A stretch of DNA of 63,973 bases, filler included, from an uncultured bacterium (lineage in GTDB: Bacteria; CAYJRR01): NCBI GenBank assembly GCA_964372275.1. It is 3 parts of 3 records of this genome, joined end to end, with 100 filler letters (N's around TTAATTAATTAA, not from the genome) between each part and the next. Parts side by side here need not be neighbours in the genome. Positions count along the whole stretch, not along the records: positions 48,967 to 63,973 come from CAYJRR010000110.1; 2 more parts are not named here. The stretch is one strand, 5' to 3'. The notes under the pieces were generated by a model, which saw nothing but the letters and a program-made list of their open reading frames with translations, was not told the DNA's origin and searched no databases. Made by a program: the position numbers and the translations under genes. Of this stretch, positions 58,000 through 63,973 are shown in pieces. How positions within the stretch are numbered: position 1 is the stretch's first letter; every line of letters begins with the position of its first letter.

Positions 58000-59940
58000 A
58001 TGCGACCGGCGGCCACGTGGTCTCTTGCGGCGGTGCTGTGGGCCGTCGGCGCCGGCGGGTGCGGAACGCGGGGACCCCGCGGACCGTCGGGAGATCCGGG
58101 CGGACCGGCCCCCCATTTGACGTCGATCGACCCGTCCGCCGGCTCGTCGCACACGCTCTTCACCGTCCGCGGGGAGGAGCTGGGGGAGGACCTCGACAAG
58201 CTCACCGTCTGGTTCGACGGGCGGGAGGCGACCGTCGTCTCCGCGACATCCGGGCGGCTGGTCGTCACCGGCGGGTTCGAGCCGGTCGACGAATCGATCG
58301 CCGTCTCGGTGACGGTCGAGCGCGACGGGCGCCTCTCCAACGCGCTCGCGGTGACCGCCCATCCCGACGGCAGCGTGCGCCCATGGGGTGGCGCCGCGAA
58401 GGTGTTCGGCACCCCCGATTCGATCGCCGTCGTCGGGACGGGGCTGCACGTCGTCGACAGCGATCGCGGTCTGTTCACGCAGGACCTGGGGAACGGCGCG
58501 ATCACCACCCGCGCGCGCAACGACCGGGACGGCTTCGGCGCGCTCCAAGGGGTCTTTGCCGGCCCGGGCGGCGCGCTCTACGCCTCCGACCAGGTCGAGC
58601 TCGGAGCAAACCGCCTCTTCCGTCTCGATCCCGACGGCTGGCGGCTCGTCGCCCAGCTCTCGCAGCCGCTGGTGGCGATGCCGTACGACCCCGACGGCCG
58701 GCTCTATCTGGTCTACGCCACGACGGTGCAGCGGCTCCTCGCCAATGGGAACCTCGACGGGACGTTCTCGGCGACGTTGCCGGCGGCCGCCGGCGGGGCG
58801 GTCTTCCAGGCGGGGCTGCTCTTCGTCAGCATCCCGACGCAGAACAAGATCGTGAAGGTGGCGAGCGACACCGGCGCCGTGACCAACCACGCCACCCTGG
58901 CAATGAACCTCCCGCGCGCGATGGACGGCGACGGCACGAACCTCTACGTCGCCGACACGACCGGTCTGCTGCACGTCGACGCCGGTGGCACCGTCTCCGT
59001 CTACTCCACCGTCGACCTCGATCCGCTCGCCTACGACGACGTGCGGCAGTTGGTGCGGCGTTCGGGGGGCGAGCTGGTGCTTTCGCAGCCCGACCAGCGG
59101 CTCGTCCTCCAGCTCGAGGGCCAGGCGTCGGGCTCGGTCCTGGCGTCGGGGATCGTGCAGGCGACGGCGCTCGTCTACGCCGGCGAGGAGTTGCTGGTGA
59201 CCGACACCGGTCTCGGCTGCTGGGAGACGCCGGCCGGCACGCCGCAGGGGGTCGTCCTGGCCCTTTTGCGCGACGGTTCGGTCCGGCGGGTGACGACCCA
59301 GGCCTGCGTTCGATCCGGGCTCTCCCCCGCCGGCGAAGGGTTCGCCGCCTTCACCGACTCGCCGACCTCGCGCGTGGCGCGGATCGACCTCGCCACCGGC
59401 AGCGTCACCGTGCTCGCCGACGCCGACGACGGGATCCGGGTCCCGCTCGCCGTCGACGCCGACGGAGGGGGGAACCTCTTCGTCGCCGACTTCGACACGA
59501 CGGAGACGGTCGGCGCGATCACCCGCATCGCCGCCAACGGCGGGGTCACGCGGGACTTCGCCCTCTCGACCGGAACGGTCCCCAATTCACTCCGGATCTC
59601 CGGCGACGAGATCTACATGACCGACTCCGCCGACGGCGGCGTCTTCTCGGTCCCGGTCGTCTCCGGAGGCCCGTTCCAATCGGTGGTGACGGCGGCCGCG
59701 TTTCCGATCTCCTACACCGGAGGCTTGAGCCCCGACGGCGCCGGCGGGATCTACCTCTCCGACTTCATCCTCTCCGGCCAAGTCCACCACGTGAGCGCCG
59801 ACGGCGACCTCCGCTCCGTCACGTCCATCACCTCCTCCGACTTCCGCCCCGGCGCACTCGCCTACGACCCCTCGACCGGCGACGTCCTCTTCGGAAACGA
59901 AGGCTCCGCCGAAGAGTTCCTCGGCGCGGTGATGCCGTAG
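58000..59940 (+). CDS. Lipoprotein with IPT/TIG domain and NHL/SMP-30-like propeller repeats
   Basis: AGGC lipobox; short GPRGPSGDPG; PHLTSIDPSAG...FTVRGEEL...VWFDG IPT pattern; GNLFVAD/NLYVAD repeats. Confidence 0.8.
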   Translation: MRPAATWSLAAVLWAVGAGGCGTRGPRGPSGDPGGPAPHLTSIDPSAGSSHTLFTVRGEELGEDLDKLTVWFDGREATVVSATSGRLVVTGGFEPVDESIAVSVTVERDGRLSNALAVTAHPDGSVRPWGGAAKVFGTPDSIAVVGTGLHVVDSDRGLFTQDLGNGAITTRARNDRDGFGALQGVFAGPGGALYASDQVELGANRLFRLDPDGWRLVAQLSQPLVAMPYDPDGRLYLVYATTVQRLLANGNLDGTFSATLPAAAGGAVFQAGLLFVSIPTQNKIVKVASDTGAVTNHATLAMNLPRAMDGDGTNLYVADTTGLLHVDAGGTVSVYSTVDLDPLAYDDVRQLVRRSGGELVLSQPDQRLVLQLEGQASGSVLASGIVQATALVYAGEELLVTDTGLGCWETPAGTPQGVVLALLRDGSVRRVTTQACVRSGLSPAGEGFAAFTDSPTSRVARIDLATGSVTVLADADDGIRVPLAVDADGGGNLFVADFDTTETVGAITRIAANGGVTRDFALSTGTVPNSLRISGDEIYMTDSADGGVFSVPVVSGGPFQSVVTAAAFPISYTGGLSPDGAGGIYLSDFILSGQVHHVSADGDLRSVTSITSSDFRPGALAYDPSTGDVLFGNEGSAEEFLGAVMP

Positions 59941-60016
59941 CCGGCGGCTGGGCGACTCACAAACTCGAATCGGCCCCGCGCGCTATCCAAGCGCTCAATA
60001 GACACACGTCGGCGGC

Positions 60017-60212
60017 GCGGAAGGGCGCCCTGCGATGCGCTGGCTGGGGCGCGAGGGGGTGTTTCCCGGCGCGCGCAGGCGGAGCAAGCCGACAGCCTCC
60101 CGTCGGTCAGGCCGCTGGTTTCCCCCCGGGGTCGCCCGCAGCGTAGCCGAGCACGGCGGGAAATCTCCCCTCGCGCCCATGCCCGAGCGCTTCGAAGGGG
60201 GCGTCCTTCCGC
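60017..60212. repeat. Intergenic element of about 196 nt with roughly 50-bp imperfect terminal inverted repeats
   Basis: GCGGAAGGGCGCCC...GGGCGCGAGGGGGTGTTTCCCG pairs with CGGGAAATCTCCCCTCGCGCCC...GGGCGTCCTTCCGC. Confidence 0.7.
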
Positions 60213-60218
60213 GGTCCG

Positions 60219-62954
60219 CTACTCGTCGCGGGTCAGCGAGTCGGCGGTCTTCGGGTCGTAGTCGCGCTTCACCTTTCGCGCGAAGCGGAAGAGGCGGACG
60301 ATTCCGTCCAGCATGCCGGTCACGATCGGGCGGATCCAGGCGCTCAAGCGGCGGAAGTCGTCGGCGAAGCCGCGGATCTGCGGGGCCACCGCGGCGCGCG
60401 CGCGGTCGAGCCGCTCCTGCTGGCGTTCGCTCAAGACCTGCGGCTTGCGGATCACCGGCGAGTACATCTGGCTGCCGACCAGGTTCTGGCGGTGCGTCGA
60501 GACCCCGGGCGCTCCGCCGATCCCCTTCTCGGTCAGCGTGCGGACCGTCTCCAGGAGGTAGAGCGGGTTGCCGCGCGCACGCAGGCGCAGGTGGTCGGCC
60601 AGCTCCTTGGAGAGCGTCGCGAGCTGCATCCGCTCCATCGCGATCTTGAGCACCGACGCGTCGTCGAGGGGCCCGAGCGGTATCTCCTCCATCCCGCGCC
60701 GCGCTTTGAGCCAGCCGTCGCCGACGTCGCTCCGCGCCGTCACCATCACCAGCAGCCGTTCCTGCTTCAGGCGATCGATCACCTCGCCGACCACGCGCCG
60801 TGTCGGCTCGTCGGCCCAATGGACGTCCTCGATCACCAGGACCAGCAGGCGTCCCCCCGTCGCCATCGCCGACAGGAGTTCGTGGAGACCGCGCGCAATC
60901 GCCGTCAACTGGTCGGCGGAGATCGCCCGGGCGCCGCCGTAGAGGGGCTTGAGCGTGGCGGGAAGGCTGGGGGCCAGGTTCAGCTCGGCGATCTGCCGCT
61001 CGAGCCGGGTGGAGATCGCCTCGCGCCCGGCACCATCCGGAAGACCTAGCAGATCGCGGAGCAGGTCCTGGAAGACGCTGAAGGCGACCTGCCGCCCCGC
61101 GGCGACGCACCGCCCGATCACCACCGACGCCTTGCGGCCGGCGGCCTGCCGCAGGATCTCGTGTACCAGGTGGCTCTTGCCGATCCCGGCGGTGCCGGTC
61201 AGCGCGACGGCGCGCGCGCCGGCCCCTCCGGCGACCGCCTCCAACGCGCCCGAGAGCCGGCGCATCTCGGCGTCGCGCCCCACGGTGCCGATCAGCGCCC
61301 GGTGCTTGGCGCTCGGCCGATCGAGGGGCTTGGCCGACCGGATCGGCGCGAAGGCGACCGAGCCGTCGGCGTCGGCGACCCGCCGCAGCACGTAGCCGTC
61401 GACGATCGACTTGGAGGTCGCCTCGTCGACCAGGACGCCGACCCCCTCCGCGCGCTGCGCCAGCCGCTCCGCCAGGCGCATCACCTGGGCCAGCGTCTTT
61501 ACCGAGGCCTGCGTCACGCCGCGCGAGACGGTCCCCGCGCAGACCCCGGAGGTCACGCGCAGGTCCCCCTCGCCGTCGCGCGCCAGGTCGACGACGCGCC
61601 GCGCCGTCTCCACCGCGCGGATCCGGTGGTCGACCTCGGCGCCGTCGGCGTCGAAGTAGGCGATCAGGGAGGCGTCGGTCCGCTGCTCGACGCGGCCGCC
61701 GCGATTCACGCACTCGTCCTCGACCTGCGCCAGGAACTGCCGGAGCGCCTGCTCCCCTTCGCGCCCGCCCGGCGCGGCGAAACGGAAGGCGGCGACGGCG
61801 AGGTCGAGCGCAGCCTCCGCCTCCCCCGCCGATTCGGTCGAGTCCAGATCGCTCGCGGCCGGGGGGCGGGCCGCCCCGCCTCGCGCGCGGGGCGGCGTCT
61901 CCGGCGGCCCGGACTTCGCCTGCAACGCGCGCTGCGCCAGCGAGCCGGCGGGGAGTGGGGACCCGGTCGCGGTGCTGGTGGTCTCCGGCTCGCGCGGGAA
62001 GACGGACTGCATGAACCGCGCGAGCGCGGTCGAGTCGGGCCGGATGTCGGACTCGGACTCGCGCATCGAGACGAGGACCGCGCCGAGGCGATCGCAGAAC
62101 TGGCCGGTCTCCTGGAAGCGCCTCTCCGGCTCCCGCGCCAACGCCGTCTCGATCACCTCTTCGAGCGCCCGCGGCACGTGCGGGTTCACCTTGCGGGGCG
62201 GCTCGTGCTGGGCGGCCTTCACCTTCTCCAGGATCTCCAAGTCGTTCTTGCCGCGGAACGGCCGGACGCCCGTCACCAGCTCGTAGAGGATGATCCCGCA
62301 GGAGAAGATGTCGCTGCGGAAGTCGACCTCCTCCCCGCGCGCCTGCTGCGGGCTCATGTAGCTGTACTTCCCCTTCAGCGTCCCGATCTGCGTCCGCGAC
62401 TGCTTGCTCTTGGACTTGGCGATGCCGAAGTCCATCAGCTTCACGTTGCCGATGTGGCTGATCATCACGTTCGCCGGGGAGATGTCCCGGTGAACGATGT
62501 TCATCGGCTTGCCCGTCGCCGGATCGATCCGCCGGTGGGCGTAGTCCAGCCCGCGCAGCACCTCGGCGACCACGAAGACCGACAGCTCCATCGGGATCGG
62601 GATCCGCTTGAAGTGGCACTCGCGGAGCACCGAGAGGAGATCGGCCCCCTCGATGTACTCCATGACGATGAAGTACTCGCCATCGACCTGGCCGAAGTCG
62701 AAGGTCTGGACCAGGTTGACGTGGGAGAGGGCCATCGACACCCGCGCCTCGTCGGAGAACATGCGGGTGAACTCCTCGTCCCCGGTGAACTGGGGGAGGA
62801 TCCGCTTCACGATCACGACCTTCTCGATCCCGCCGAACGTCTCGTACTTGGCCTTGAACACCTCGGCCATCCCGCCGGTGGCGATCTTCTCGACCAACTG
62901 GTAGCGGCCGAGGAAGGCCGACTTGCCCGGCGGGATCTGGGCGCCTTTCACCAA
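60219..62954 (-). CDS. Ser/Thr kinase with degenerate class III cyclase-like domain and AAA/STAND ATPase
   Basis: GGMAEV, HRDISPAN, DFG, YMSP; VGRDAE, GTAGIGKS, IEDVHWAD, GNPLY. Confidence 0.88.
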   Translation of the reverse strand: MVKGAQIPPGKSAFLGRYQLVEKIATGGMAEVFKAKYETFGGIEKVVIVKRILPQFTGDEEFTRMFSDEARVSMALSHVNLVQTFDFGQVDGEYFIVMEYIEGADLLSVLRECHFKRIPIPMELSVFVVAEVLRGLDYAHRRIDPATGKPMNIVHRDISPANVMISHIGNVKLMDFGIAKSKSKQSRTQIGTLKGKYSYMSPQQARGEEVDFRSDIFSCGIILYELVTGVRPFRGKNDLEILEKVKAAQHEPPRKVNPHVPRALEEVIETALAREPERRFQETGQFCDRLGAVLVSMRESESDIRPDSTALARFMQSVFPREPETTSTATGSPLPAGSLAQRALQAKSGPPETPPRARGGAARPPAASDLDSTESAGEAEAALDLAVAAFRFAAPGGREGEQALRQFLAQVEDECVNRGGRVEQRTDASLIAYFDADGAEVDHRIRAVETARRVVDLARDGEGDLRVTSGVCAGTVSRGVTQASVKTLAQVMRLAERLAQRAEGVGVLVDEATSKSIVDGYVLRRVADADGSVAFAPIRSAKPLDRPSAKHRALIGTVGRDAEMRRLSGALEAVAGGAGARAVALTGTAGIGKSHLVHEILRQAAGRKASVVIGRCVAAGRQVAFSVFQDLLRDLLGLPDGAGREAISTRLERQIAELNLAPSLPATLKPLYGGARAISADQLTAIARGLHELLSAMATGGRLLVLVIEDVHWADEPTRRVVGEVIDRLKQERLLVMVTARSDVGDGWLKARRGMEEIPLGPLDDASVLKIAMERMQLATLSKELADHLRLRARGNPLYLLETVRTLTEKGIGGAPGVSTHRQNLVGSQMYSPVIRKPQVLSERQQERLDRARAAVAPQIRGFADDFRRLSAWIRPIVTGMLDGIVRLFRFARKVKRDYDPKTADSLTRDE

Positions 62955-62958
62955 CGGC

Positions 62959-63882
<924 letters not shown>

Positions 63883-63973
63883 CGACTCGCCCTTGTCGGC
63901 AACGTCCGGGGCGCCCCCCCCCGAACCACCGGAAAAGGGTACCCGGGGCCTAGGGGAGACGCAAGGCGATGAT

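Overview
High-GC (roughly 70% by eye) bacterial DNA, most likely Myxococcota/deltaproteobacterial (RomR next to valS, MglA-like GTPase, PEGA and STAND Ser/Thr kinases, FHA-GGDEF). The window is three contigs joined by artificial N-TTAATTAATTAA-N linkers (24508-24607, 48867-48966), so adjacency across them means nothing. Contig 1: glpD + alkylglycerone-phosphate-synthase-like + GlcE-like + GlcF-like Fe-S operon, kinase, lipoprotein, DAG kinase, S8 protease, an unusual minus-strand run (B12 radical SAM, heme-oxygenase-like diiron enzyme, second B12 radical SAM, MBL hydrolase), queuosine precursor transporter, two FG-GAP proteins. Contig 2: degenerate MglA paralog, orphan bufferin-like precursor, vapBC, coaX, birA, nadC, valS, romR, yibQ, ctpA, rhomboid, terC, ftsEX-envC, two PGRP-like amidases, partial hutU. 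Contig 3: PuuD-like, HMGS-DUF35 fusion, thiolase, TMEM260/DUF2723-like glycosyltransferase near an IPT/TIG lipoprotein, and an FHA-GGDEF cyclase coupled to a kinase-STAND protein. Best candidate for an undescribed system is the rSAM-HDO-rSAM-MBL cluster (14629-19910). No rRNA, tRNA, CRISPR array or transposase was recognised. All calls come from motif recognition by eye; no searches were run.
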